A stretch of DNA of 63,962 nt, counting the filler, from Octopus bimaculoides (Eukaryota), in assembly GCF_001194135.2 (NCBI RefSeq). It is 7 parts of 6 records of this genome, joined end to end, with 100 filler letters (N's around TTAATTAATTAA, not from the genome) between each part and the next. Parts side by side here need not be neighbours in the genome. Positions count along the whole stretch, not along the records: positions 1 to 17,875 come from NC_068981.1; positions 17,976 to 35,814 come from NC_068982.1; 5 more parts are not named here. One strand, given 5' to 3'. Each line of letters starts with the position of its first letter. Position 1 is the first letter of the stretch. Both the position numbers and the translations under genes were made by a program. Below are positions 12,493-25,168 of this stretch, in pieces. The notes below the pieces were generated by a model. It was not told the origin of the DNA. It saw only the letters and a program-made list of their open reading frames with translations, and did not search any database.

Positions 12493-13299
12493 GCATATGT
12501 ATATATATGCATATGTATATGTGTGTGTGGGTGTGTGCGTGTGTGTGTGTGTGCATATATATATCTTATCCATATTATTAACAGATAGATAGATATAGAC
12601 ATCTATATGTGTGCGGGTGTGTGTATAAATATATATATATATATGAAGGAAACTGGAATGCGATGATTACTTAATGCACTTTATATATACACTTTATATC
12701 CTTCCTGAACAATTTTGTTGACTTAGCACTCACCCTCTTCACCTTACCCTCTTTTTCTTTCGCTCTTCGCCTTTCTCTTCAACTAATCTCGTGAAAGCGT
12801 TACAGACGGGCTAAGTAACGGAGGGAAAATCTTAGTTAAAACCAATTACACATTTCAGTAACCATATTATAGATAATGTTATTGCACATAATTAAAGCGA
12901 TATAATATTTGCGCAACAAGTTAATAAATGTCATGAGCAAATGGACAGAAAGAAAAGAAAGTTAATAAATAAAAATCTACCGATTATTTTTTAAATCTCT
13001 CTTACGAAAATATAAAAGGTAACGGTTATTACTTGGCAAATATCACTTCTAAAAGTCTTTAAAATTAAAAAAAATTATCATAAAAGTATTTATAGTTAAT
13101 TAAACTCATATGAAGTCTCATTTTGTATGATATGGGAATAATAATTCAATATGGCTTTCGTGCCTCCAAATATGCAAATTTAAAATCTACAGAAAAATAA
13201 AAATTAATAATTGAAGAATTATAAATACCTTGCTTTTGTTTGGCAGGCTGTTTATCAAAAATAAAGACTTGTAGCACGTTGGCAGAAGACGAAGAAGAA

Positions 13300-14340
13300 G
13301 AAAAGTAGATGCCTCTTTTCAGTTATTTCGGTGAAATACTTTGTTCAAAAGGAGAATTCCTTGGATCGTGTATTGGCAAATCATGCTAGCAGAAGTAGAA
13401 TGATTTGGTGTCATGTCTTCTAAGTAAATTACCCAAAGTGGAATGTCATAGTTTATGATCCTGGACAGTTCAAAAGTACCACAACACTTTATAGGTAACA
13501 AAGTTTCAGATCTGACATACCATCCTTTGAGAGAGTGTAATCTTATGATGTATATGAGCTGAAATTAGAAACAAAATGCCTTCTACGTTCTTCTTATATG
13601 ATTTATTCTTCAATTTGATCCTCTTCCTTATTGTTTTATCCCATATTACAAAGATCTGATGTCTTCCTGGCGCAACACTTTCAAGTCGTCGATGGGCAAT
13701 TCTCTTTCCTGTTTCTCAACTAAATAATTTGTTCACTCTTTGTTCACGTAGAAACCCTTGGAATTTCTAATATGTACAAATTCCTCAAGGTCAGTCTTTG
13801 TTTCAACCATTCCAATGACCATTGAAAACAGCATAAGTTTGCAATGCTCTACAAAAACAGATGACGCACTTGAAAAAATGTACTCTCTACGACTTTGCAC
13901 ACAGTATCAGCGATGGGGAACAGATTTCTTTCTAAAATTCTTTTATTGACATACCAGAAGACGAATTTGCATTGAAACAAACGCTGAGAAAATGCTATGG
14001 TCATGTTTTTATAGCCTAGATTTACTTGCTGCTCCATGGCCAAAAGCAAAGTCCATTTACTAGGTGACAGGAAACAGACTTTGATAAAAACAAAGTATTT
14101 AAAATTTGATCAATAAGGTTGGGAAGGTATGATGGAGCATTATCCATAGCAAAGCAAACCTTCATTGAAAGACCCTTCGCTTTTAAGTAGCGTCTAACAA
14201 TTCACGCATCACCGAACCACATGGTAAACAGATTCTTTGTAAACCAGGAATTCGAATTGGAAATCCATTGAGTACCTATCGTAGAAAGCGGTGAACAATG
14301 TAAAACATCCATCCACTGGATTAAAAAGTACTGGGTGGGT
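13300..14340 (-). mobile_element. pogo/Tigger (DDE_1) transposase remnant
   Basis: Minus strand reads QWISNSNSWFTKNLFTMWF...RRYLKAKGLSMKVCFAMDNAP. A degenerate PPN-T...AMEQQV (QPMDQGVI-like) segment and a Tigger1-like C-terminus follow. There are many stops and frameshifts. Confidence 0.75.
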
Positions 14341-14499
14341 TAAGTGTAAAAAGATTTTTGTCTTATAGATTATAAACAATTCGATACCAAGAGAGAATAA
14401 TATGAATAAAGGTATATAAACATTTTGATCATAAAAATATAGACAGATCTAATATTAAATTCAGCATTAACGCTTATTGTTTTAGTATTTTCCCTATAC

Positions 14500-14790
14500 T
14501 CCTTAATAAAGGCCTGATTTTTGCTAAGACTTTCTCGTCTTTGGCTAGAGGTTAGATAGATATAATCCTTTTATCTAGGAAAATTATAATCGAATTTGAA
14601 GATAAAATATGGACCAGAAACGATACTCCTGATAATTGTGATATCGCCATGAGTTCAGGCGACTCGGCCCAGGTTACTGATTTAGTTGGAGCCTACCTCC
14701 TGCACTATCTTGACAGGTAGTTTGCTGCTTTGCGTGGTGGTGTTTACAGGGATCATACGTTGTTTGTTGTACCAATAATTACGCAACTAT
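14500..14790 (+). mobile_element. Penelope-like RT fragment (Neptune/Nematis-like motif set)
   Basis: IDIILLSRKIIIEFEDKIWTRNDTPDNCDIAMSSGDSAQVTDLVGAYLLHYL...GVYRDHTL resembles the PLE pattern FDVTMGSYDGAEVCELVG...GLYRDDGL. Confidence 0.7.
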
Positions 14791-15240
14791 CTGCTAATGT
14801 AGATATATTCAATTCTTATTCACATTTTTACAATTCTGCTGTATCCAAGGAAGGATATACACAAGATATTATATTTGAAAACTCATATGTCCCGCATTAT
14901 GACTACGTATTTCGTAGTCTGTGTGACTCACCCGAATAGCGTAACTCGCTGACTGACACTACTTACTGAGACTGTTCACTATTTATTAGTAGTAGACCAG
15001 CCCACTTCTCACGTGAGGGCGTCCGCCACAACACCTTCCCCTTTGAGATTGTTTTTCTACACAGAATTATTTTTCTCTTCTTAATTAGATCTTTTTGCTC
15101 CACACAGAATTATATATATTGTTTTCTGCAAAGTAAAATTCTTCAAATTGCCGCAGGTAGTACCAGACTACTTTGTTTACCAGTAGCGCTACTTAACACA
15201 TAGCGACCTGACTTAAATCCTTCGCACGGACTCATAATAT

Positions 15241-15705
15241 TTTTCACTGTGTGTAGTTCAATTTTGTGTCCCAATTTATCAGACATCTTTTCATCATAAT
15301 CTTTTTCATATATTCACTGTGCGAAGTTCACTTCTGTGTTAGAGTTCCAATTTTGCCAGACATGTTCCTTCAGAATCTTTTTTTGATATATTTATTACTG
15401 TGTGTATTACTTTTCACTGTGAAGTTTAATTGTGTGTTAAAGTTCCAGCTTTATCTGACAATTTTTTCGTCACAATCCTGTTTTTTCTTCAACGTCTTTT
15501 TAATATATTTTTTTCGCTATGTGTATTTTACTTTTCACTGGGTGAAGTTCAATTCTGTGTTAGAGTTTCAGTTTTATCTGACATTTTTCCTTCAAAATCT
15601 GTATATATATATATATATTATTTTCACTGTGCGTATACAACTTTTCACTGTGTGAAGTTCAAATCCCACGTCGGGATTTTTAACATTTTTCTACTGTGTG
15701 AGCTC
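15241..15705. repeat. Diverged minisatellite built on ttttcactgtgtgaagttcaa
   Basis: The motif recurs at about 15241, 15313, 15411, 15531, 15621, 15641 and 15690 with shared spacers (gtgttagagtt...tatctgaca). Confidence 0.7.
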
Positions 15706-16075
15706 CGAATCCTCGTCGCCAATGATATGCACCGAATATGACAACGTATTTCGTCGTCTGTGTCACTGGACCGTACAGCGTATCTCGCTGACTGTTTTTC
15801 CTTTTTTCGACACGTAGGCTGTAACACAGTGGGGAAAGCACAAGGACAGACAAAACACCACAGTGGGGACAAGAAACACAGAACGAACGAATGAAGGAGG
15901 GATAATAACAATGAGGATGAATGGCTTGCCTGTTACCCACTCGCAGGCAGTATCATTTAAATGTTTTTGTTTAATGTTTCTAAATCAGTTCTTGTTTCGT
16001 CTTTTTCTACCTTTTAGCATCTGTTTTACAGTCATTTAAAATTGTTTAATATTTACTTACTTATTTTTATTTTTA

Positions 16076-17281
16076 CTATTTTATGTACGGCAACAGGTCG
16101 TCGTACTCTACTACTGGCGGCAAGTCGTCGAACTCGACGTGCACACCCGTTGGGTCTATCTTCTTTCCGAACAGCTCTCGTAGTTTTTCACATCTCTCGT
16201 CGTTAATAACAATTGCTTTGGTGCTTTCTGGATAGTATTCCGTCGTTATTACTGTTTTCATTTTTGTGATTTTCTTCTCTATCTCTGTACTTTTCGCATA
16301 TGTTACCATGTGCCATTTATGTTTTGGCTCTTTTTTATTTGTTTGTTTCTGTACTCCTACTTGTTTTTCCGCGTTAGCTTCCTTTGATGTTGTTGGTATC
16401 TCATGTTGTGCTTCTTGTTTACTCTCCTTTCTTTTTCATTAGTGGACTCTTTGGCGGTGAATCCACGTCTTCTTTCCTTTTCTTCTTCCTATCCAACACC
16501 ATATACTCCTCCTCCACATTCTCTGGACACTTCTCACATACTGGGTCTGTCGCTTCGGCATTTTGCTCCTGCTCGTCAACCTGATGCTGTCGTTCCTTTT
16601 CACCTTTATCGTCGTTCTGGGGACACCTTGCTCTCATGTGTCCCGTTACGCCACACTGGTAACAGGTTGGAGGTCTTCCCTCCTCCACCACTCTTCTCAA
16701 TTTCACATCCTCTGGTAGTATTACCTCCTCCGCTATCTTATGCAAGTCTTGTAAACTAACTTGGATGGCCACTTCGAGGCTGTAGCCCCAGCAGTTTACT
16801 TCTTTCGTCTTCGTCACTTTCAACACCTTCACGTCCTCCTCCATATTATACAGGATGGCTGCCACCAGCCACACCTCCTCAATCTCCAGGGGTACTCTGC
16901 CAATCCTTACCCTGGCCACTCGTTTGCCACAGTAAGTTGGCTGAGGTACCCACTCTGGCGTCCTTAGCGCCACAGTAGAGTGGTTTATCACTTTGTGTTC
17001 ATTAGCGAACCGTGCCTCCACTGTGCCGTATTTCCTTCCTCTCGTGTAAAATGTTGTGAGTCTTGTTAACTCCTTTAAGCATTCCGCTATAGCCTCTATC
17101 GTGGCTATTTCTATTTTTTCGATGTCGTGGACAGCGTTCTATACACCACTGTCCGCCTCATCACGCTTGCTGTTAAATTTTCTGGCGGTGTCAACCTCAA
17201 ACTGGTTCCATCTTTGTCTATGAGTCTGTTGAACCCCTTCAACTTCCTCTGCTCCATCTTTATCTCTCGTACCTGCAACAT
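16076..17281 (-). mobile_element. gag-like ORF1 (CCHC zinc knuckle) of an L1/Tx1-like non-LTR element; frameshifted, with no ORF2 adjacent
   Basis: MLQVREIKMEQRKLKGFNRLIDK... (17281) shifts frame near the T-run at about 17115 into ...GRKYGTVEARFANEH...RVRIGRVPLEIEE...PPTCYQCGVTGHMRARCP (CX2CX4HX4C). A charged low-complexity tail follows. Confidence 0.7.
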
Positions 17282-17536
17282 GTCAGAGGGCTGTTAAGGG
17301 CAATTTTCTCAACAGTAAAAACACACGGAAGGATGACGTCATCTGGTATAATTCCCCTTTCATTTACGCAATAACCCCTAATCTATATAGAAAATTTCTG
17401 TATAGAGAATTTTCCCCCATCACATAAATACAACAGGTTATTCTCCCATAGTAAAATTAGTCTTCTGTTCTACTCTGCCTAATTTGGTTACGATAATAGT
17501 TGGACTAAATATGAAAAATATAACACTGGCCAGTAG

Positions 17537-17875
<339 letters not shown>

Positions 17876-18019
17876 NNNNNNNNNNNNNNNNNNNNNNNNN
17901 NNNNNNNNNNNNNNNNNNNTTAATTAATTAANNNNNNNNNNNNNNNNNNNNNNNNNNNNNNNNNNNNNNNNNNNNAAGTCATCCTTTACCTCATTTCCAA
18001 CCACCAACCACGTATACGT

Positions 18020-18418
18020 GACAGAATTAAAAGTCAAAACTATTTAAGCATTTTATCTGATCAAGTTCATTCTATGGTTGCAGAACTGTTTCCGGAGGGA
18101 AATGCACTTTCAGGATCATAATGCACCAACTCACCCAGCTAAAGTTGTTATCCAGATCTCAATATTATTGAATATTTATGGTGAATTTTAGAAAAACAAG
18201 GAAGGAGTCGATATCCTCCACCATCATCACTACAAGAACTGGAGACTGTTTTAGCTGAAGAATGGACAAAAATTCCTTTGGAAACAATTCAAACTTTGTA
18301 CAAGTCCATACCATGTAGAATTCAAACTGTAATTACTGCCAAAGGCAGTCCTACCCCATATTAAAATAAATTTGTTTGAAATTTTAAGGTGTTTCCATTA
18401 TTTTGTTCATCCCCTGTA
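18020..18418 (+). mobile_element. Tc1 transposase C-terminal remnant with right TIR
   Basis: FQDHNAPTH...PDLNIIEYLW*ILEKQGRSRYPPPSSLQELETVLAEEWTKIPLETIQTLYKSIPCRIQTVITAKGSPTPY*. It ends ...ttttgttcatcccctg-TA. Confidence 0.8.
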
Positions 18419-18419
18419 A

Positions 18420-18670
18420 GTACCAGTTGAGCACTGGGGTCAATGTAATTGACTATCACCCTTTCCCAAAGCTTCAGGCGTTGAGCCTATTATAGAAAAG
18501 ATTATTGCTATTATTAATTCCACTGGGGTCGCCTTTTCTTTTCATCCTTTTGGGGTTGATAAAATAAGTATCAGTTGAATACTGGGGTTGATTTAATCAA
18601 CTTGGCCCCTCCCTAAAAAGTCCAGGCTTTGTGCCTATAGTAGAAGGGATTATTATTATTATTATTATTA
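18420..18670 (+). mobile_element. Two tandem SINE family C 3' fragments with (ATT)n tails
   Basis: gtaccagttgagcactggggtcaatg...tagaaaagattatt occurs twice, and the sequence is shared with 44030-44170 and 56850-57040. Confidence 0.6.
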
Positions 18671-21600
18671 TTATTATTTTAAGGTGCAAGGATGCCATTT
18701 ATATATTCAAGATCAAATACCGGAACCCTTAATGACTCCTGACTACTTTCAAACCACACCATATCACTGGCTTCACTTCCTCCTCTCATTTCACCACTAC
18801 TTTCTTCCCTTCCCCTCTTCTTTCCTCTCAACCTATCCTCTATATACCGCCACGATTCCCCACCTTCAATAGTGTCTACTCAAATTCTTTCTACCTCAAC
18901 CCCGTCCCCCATTCTCTGCTTACATCATTCTGATACATTTATTTATTATCAAAATTATTTTGTTTTCATTCTTTGTACTCAGTCATGTTCATTGGTACAT
19001 TTATTTATTAATTTATTTATTCATTCATTCAGTCATTCAGTTGACTCTTTTGCTAAAGCGAGACAGAGTAATATAGTGTAGATAAGTACAGAGAGTGGTA
19101 GATCTACATTTGAGATGTATTCTTCAGCTAAGCACCAAGTGACCAAAGAGAATGAATGTAATTGCTGTTGGATTTTTATAAGTCAAGCAAAAACAAAAGA
19201 TTTCTCCTCTCTAGTCAGATCTGACCTATGAATGCCTCAAAAATGTCTAAGAGGTCACTTTACTCTCAGAAATTTCCTTGTGCAACAGGAGAAAGCAATA
19301 AGCCGAGGACTTATGGCAAAATATGGATTTGATTTCAAATCTTTGCTTTAGATATTTGGTAGTTGCTAACTACAGCAGCATCCCCCCACCCACTTTACAT
19401 GTGATAATAGTGATGATGGGACAGTGGCAGAGGAAAAGCTGCCAAAGTCATCCAGATTCTCATCTCGTACCCTGTTGATGAAAGAACTTTGAAAGTTTTA
19501 GTGGGTCAGTCCTCCTAGCAATAAAAAAAGTACTCAGGATGATGGATCTGCAGGTCATAAGTAACTGGAACACTAAAAGGTAAAACAAAATTTTCTGCAG
19601 TTCAAATCTCTGCACAGGTATTTGTGAGTTTGTGTAGATCCATGCTAATTCCCTTTAATTCCCCTTAGATATACTACATTAAAAAGAGTTTTTATATCAC
19701 TCGAATGACCTAACAGGTTTCAGGGATTCACTTTTCCAGTAACTGCAATAATCAGGAGGAATTAAGATTTTCTTTTTAATTTTGGTTGGTCAAGGAACGT
19801 GTGTGTGATCTTTCAAGGTAAATATATCATACACAAGACAAAGATACTAGTAATCCCCAACATTCACAGCCCACATAGAAGATGGGGTAAAGAAAGTAAA
19901 ATCACTAATGGACATCAAGACAAGTGTAGAGATCTTATACTATATCTATTTGCCACATGTTCAATCATCCTAGAACATTACATGGTCGATCGACCTGCTA
20001 GAAATAATAACCAAATCTCTCTCAAACTATAACCTACCATCTCAAATAAACAAATGACTACTAAAAAAATCGGGATGATCACAGCTGCAATGCTTTTCTA
20101 CATAGGTCTGTTTGATCAGACTGATCTAAATAACAACTGCATTAGCAGATCTTTTCTGTTTGGCTGCACTTTTTCAATTTTTGTTCCAATTGATTTCATA
20201 TAAGATGTGTTGATGTAGTTTTTGTCTGGTAATCATTGACAGGAAATTCCTTTTTCGCTATAAACCAATAAACAAAGAGTTAATAGCTTTTAAAATTTGC
20301 AAATTTTGGGTAATTTTAGCCAATCCAAAGCCACAGACATGTAGCTGCCTGTTTCCATGGTAACAAGCTAAGCTGTTACAGAGCTGCTTACCCACGTGAT
20401 CATGAGATGTGCTAAAAATAATAGCTAAATAGGCCTTAAATCAAGCACCAAAGTTTTGAGGGCTGAGGGTATAATCATATGAACTCCCATATATAGAATA
20501 CAAACTTGCAAAAATTTTCTGAAAATTCTAAAATATAAAACAGTTATGAAGGGTATACAGAGTGCTTAAAGCAGAATTCTGACAATATTTCATTTGTTTA
20601 CAGTTGACACTAAATGACAGCTTCCAAATCCCATTTTCTAACTGAGTCAATACTGGTCAACAAAATAATTTTTTTTTTTTCTGGCATAAAGTCTTAGAAT
20701 TGTTTTAGACTAATTTTGGGGTGCTGATTCCAAAACTGACCTCAGATTTGTTCTAGTATGTCACATTTTTGTGCCATCGATATATACCTTTATTTACCAG
20801 GAACATACCAAAAGTTAACTTTACACCACTAGTTGCGGGAATTTTGGCGAGATTGCCATGCTAATTTTGAATATGTTTAAGCTGAGGTTTGCTTTAAAAC
20901 CCTTTCTCTTCTTCTTAGGTGGGAACTAAGCCACTGTGTTATGGATACAACATCAAAAAGAAGGAAGTGCTATAATGACCCCAATATCTTCTGTTACATA
21001 TGTGGAAACTTCACTCCACAAGCACAAAAGCACAACATTAATAACCTGTGTTGAAACTTTGCAATCAGGGTCTCAAGGAAGGGATGTGAAGCTCAAGTTT
21101 GGTGTGCCAATGGTTTGGAGAGAACCAACAAACCATGTGGATAACTGCTACTTCTGCCTTGTTAAAGTAAAAGGGTTCAATACGAAAATCAAATGACACT
21201 TGCAATACCCAGATATCTCATCTGCCCATCGACCAATTGCACACTCCAAGGAAATACCTGTGCCTGTATTTATTGAGCTGCTACAGGTCACTGATGAAGC
21301 TCTCAGTTCACCTATTACTGATGAACATGAACAGTTTATGCCATCTGATACAGGCTGTGATAATTTTTCCGTTTAGTCAGACTAAATTGAATGATCTGGT
21401 CAGGGATTTGTATTTGCCAAAGCAGTCTACTGAATTGTTGGCTTCTAGGTTGCAAGAGAAAAGACTACTGAAAACTGGCACTTGTGTCTCCTTTTATTGT
21501 AACAGAGAAGCAGAACTGCAAAAGTACTTCTCTTCAGATGGCCAGCCTGTTTATAGTAATGATGTTGAAGGGCTTCTTCTCAATATGTAACTGCTGGCAT

Positions 21601-22323
21601 ATGATTCATGCGAGTGGAGACTTTTTATTGACAGCTCTGCAAACAGCTTGAAGCATTTTACTTCACAACAGGAATCTGTATGGCTCAATTCCCATAGGAC
21701 ACTATAAAAATGAAAGAGTATGCCAACATCAAGATTGTTCTACAGAGATTGCACTATCGTGTTCATGGATGGGTAATTTATGTTGATTTTAAAATCATAA
21801 ACCTTCTATTGGGCCAGCAAGAAGATTACACTAAGTGCCCTTGTTTCCTATGCTACTGGGACAGTAGGGTTACAAAGAATCACTGGGCATAAACAGAATG
21901 GCCCCCGAGAAACAGTTTGACACCAGGTGATAAGAACATCATTAATGAACCTCTGGTTGACAGGAAAAGCATTGTCTTCCCCCACTGCACATAAAACTTG
22001 GTGTGATGAAACAATCCATCCAAACTCTTGATCACAATGGAAACTACTTCAATTATATATGTACAACCTTTCTAAGTCTCAGTGATGAAAAGAAGAAGGC
22101 AGGAATATTTGATGAATCTCAAATAAAAACACTCCTCAGGGATCCACATTTTGTTACAACAATGAGTGCAGCTGAGGCTAGAGCTTGGAAAGTCTTCTCT
22201 GATGTGGTGCAGAATTTCTTTGGGAACAGGAAAGCTGACAACTATCAAGAGATTGAGGAGGAGCTACTCTTGAGTTTGCAAGCACTTGGATGTAGAATGA
22301 GCATGAAATCGCATTACTTACAC

Positions 22324-22620
22324 CAGTGGTTCTCAACTGGGGGGTCCATGTAACAAAATAATAATTTGGGGATCTACAACAGTATTTTAAGGGCCCTTGA
22401 AAAAATTTTGCTTTAGATGTATTTGCAAGAAACAGCGAGGTTTCTTTCTCAAACATTTTACATAGTTCAACCTACACAAGCCAATGCGTGAAAAACAAAA
22501 CAAGAGTTTTGATAGAAGTGCCTACAAAACTAGTTTTTAAACATTGAATGGTTATGGGGGTCCACCAGAAAAGATAGTAATCAAGGGGGTCCATAGATAA
22601 AAAATGGTTGAGAATCCCTG
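22324..22620. mobile_element. hAT-type MITE inserted in the Chapaev transposase
   Basis: CAGTGGTTCTCAAC...GTTGAGAATCCCTG termini with a perfect 8-bp TSD, ACTTACAC (22316-22323 and 22621-22628). Confidence 0.9.
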
Positions 22621-22966
22621 ACTTACACAGTTACTTGAGTGAGTATCCAGAGAATCTGTGTGATGTTAGTGAAGAAGATGAAGACTTTCATCAAGACATA
22701 AAAGTAATGGAAGAATGCTACCAAAGCTGATGGCAGATTACTGCTTGATGAGAGACATTTCAAAAACTGTGCACAAGAGATCTTTAAAAATGAGGAAGTT
22801 CTTGCAGTAATAAGATGATCAGAATGAATGACTACAATGAATAGAGATTTTGTATTCATATTTTGTTATCACCAAGCTTAAATCTTACATTCTAATATGC
22901 ATTTACTCCCACAACTTTGTGTTTTGATTTAATTAGATTTAAAAAAAGACATATTGTTGATTAAAG

Positions 22967-24153
22967 TATGAAAACAAAAATGTGCAGAAAGCACCGGGGT
23001 GGTGGGGGAATAGGACTTTGGAAAATTCACAAGATCCGAGTTTTTCCTTCATAACTTTTAGGAAAATGGCTTTTTATTATGAAATTTTATATAAATTCCT
23101 TTCAAACAGCATAGGTTACAGTTATAAAGAAATTTGTAAGTAAAATCTTTTCCATGGGGGTAGGGAGAGGACTTTGGAAAATTCACAAGATCCGAGTTTT
23201 TCACCCATAACTTTGAGGAAAATAAATATCTTTTGATGAAATTGTATATAAATACCTTTCAAACGACATGCATTACAGATGCCTAATGTGCCCTAAACCC
23301 CTTATATTTGCTTGGAAAAAATGTGGGGACTGGAATTATTGGAAAATGTTGTTTTTCCTTTTTTCTATGAATGAATTATGGTGACCTTTATATGCCACAA
23401 AACACTTATTTTGTCAGGAAGACGGGGGCTGTTTCTTTAAAATTTTGTTAAATTTTTACAAGTGCACCTTTACCATAACTAGGAATCTGAAGAAACTTTT
23501 TTTGAAAAGGTGAGGTGCGAAACTGCATTAGCCCCCTTTCTTTACCCATAGTTTAAGATAACATTTTGTAGAAATACGTTTTCTAGAGACTGGATTACAT
23601 TAGATCAAAAATTCAAACAAGTTTGAAAAGAATAATAAGTGAAAATGCGGAAGTTATAAAAATTACTGGTAATGAAGTCTGGACAGGAGAAAGAAAGACT
23701 GATATAAAATCCTTATAAAAACCACATTAGTTTCTGTGTGTGTGTGTGAAGCAAGTAATAGTATTAAAACAAAATATTTTTTACATACCTTTTAAAAATC
23801 ATTGGATATATTAATCCCAGATTGCAGATTGACATATTAGGTCACTGTAATTCATTCATCGAAAAAAAGAAAAACACTTTTTGTTTCTGAAATAAAAGAT
23901 ATCCATTTTCCTTAAAGTTATGGGGGAAAATATCAGATCTTGTGAATTTTTCAAAAGTCCTCTCCCCACCCCAAGATTTTCCCCACAAATTTCTTTATAA
24001 TTGTAATCTATACCGTTTGAAAGGTATTTATATAAAATTTCATTTAAAGAAACACATTTTCCTAAAGGTTATGAGAGAAAAACTCAGATCTTGTGAATTT
24101 TCTGAAGTCCTCTCCCCCACCCTGCTTGCTTTCTGTGCATTTTTGTTTTCATA
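22967..24153. mobile_element. Unclassified foldback element with modular long TIRs
   Basis: tatgaaaacaaaaatgtgcagaaagca...aggactttggaaaattcacaagatccgag (twice, about 158 bp apart) is mirrored at about 23900-24153. Confidence 0.7.
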
Positions 24154-24721
24154 TTCATTTCCTACACATTTTTTTACACCCGTTCCACTATCTTTTTTTT
24201 ATTTCGTTTCCAGGTAGTATTGTAAACATTAACCAAAGTTGTATCTACATATGCTTAGCACATAAAGCATGACAGGCCACGATCATGGCCCAGATAAATG
24301 CATTTAATTTATGGGCGTTTATTGGGGTCTAATGTCAATCAAACGCTCGAAAACCCCCACCACCACTACAACTACCACCAGAATGCAGGAGGATTAATAG
24401 TTCAACTAATGACTTTTCAGATGATGTAAAACTTACCACCATAATATACAATAAAGATATTTTAACTATTTTTTGCTTTTTATGTGGGCATGGTAGTTTC
24501 ATTTTCATAAAATGTGCTGAGCAGTCCATGCTATGTAAGTGCAAATCCCAGCACTTTATGGGCTAATTCTTCCTTTATAAGCATTAGCTGTTTCTTGCAA
24601 AACTAAAAAAAATTTATATCGCAAAAATCTGATGTCAGATTTGGATTCAGCACCCAAAATTAGCTAAGAGCTGTTGATAAACCTTGTGCCAGAAAATAGG
24701 TGTTGACCAGTGTTATACTCT

Positions 24722-25130
24722 TTCTCTCTTACTTGTTTCAGTCATTTGACTGTGGCCATGCTGGAGCACTGCCTTTAGTTGAGCAAATCAACCCCAGGAC
24801 TTATTCTTTGTAAGCCGAGTACTTATTCTATCGGTCTCTTTTGACGAACTGCTAAGTTACGGGTATGTGAACACACCAGCATCGGTTGTCAAGCGATGTT
24901 GGGGTGGGGGGGGACACAAACACAGACATATGCACACACACATATATACATATATATACATATATACGACGGACTTCTTTCAGTTTCCATCTACCAAATC
25001 CACTCACAAGGCTTTGGTTGGTCCAAGGCTATAGTAGAAGACACTTGCTTAAGATGTCGTGCAGTGGGACTGAACCCGGAACCATGTGGTTCGTAAGTAA
25101 GCTACTTACCACACAGCCATTCCTACGCCT
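24722..25130 (-). mobile_element. Full-length tRNA-derived SINE family A
   Basis: Reverse complement of 7817-8210, including the internal CA/TA tract. Confidence 0.85.
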
Positions 25131-25168
25131 ATCTGTAACTTTTTTGAAAAAGTTTTGTAGTAAAAGTG

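Larger units (their letters stand above)
20651..24712 (+). mobile_element. Chapaev3-like (CMC superfamily) DNA transposon, decayed, with two nested insertions
   Basis: TIRs are about 90 bp: (T)ACTGGTCAACA...ttttggggtgctgattccaaaactgacctcagat and atctgatgtcagatttggattcagcacccaaaat...TGTTGACCAGTG-tta. Transposase pieces run 20941 to about 22800: CYNDPNIFCYICG, WREPTNHVDNCYFC, ELLASRLQEK, WRLFIDSS, LLGQQEDYTKCPCFLCYWDSR, FHQDIKVME. Confidence 0.75.

Noticed and set aside
11792-12534. Exact 184-bp direct repeat (11792-11975 and 12351-12534) either side of a gap
   Set aside because: Identical contig ends around Ns are most simply an unmerged overlap, i.e. an assembly artefact.
15241-15705. Spaced repeats superficially like a CRISPR array
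   Set aside because: The context is eukaryotic, the spacers are related to each other, the period is irregular and there are no cas genes.
17920-17931. TTAATTAATTAA 12-mer centred in N runs (also about 35859, 53388, 59440, 61332 and 62769)
   Set aside because: It is identical each time and flanked by equal N blocks. It is a scaffolding spacer with stops in all frames, not a biological repeat.
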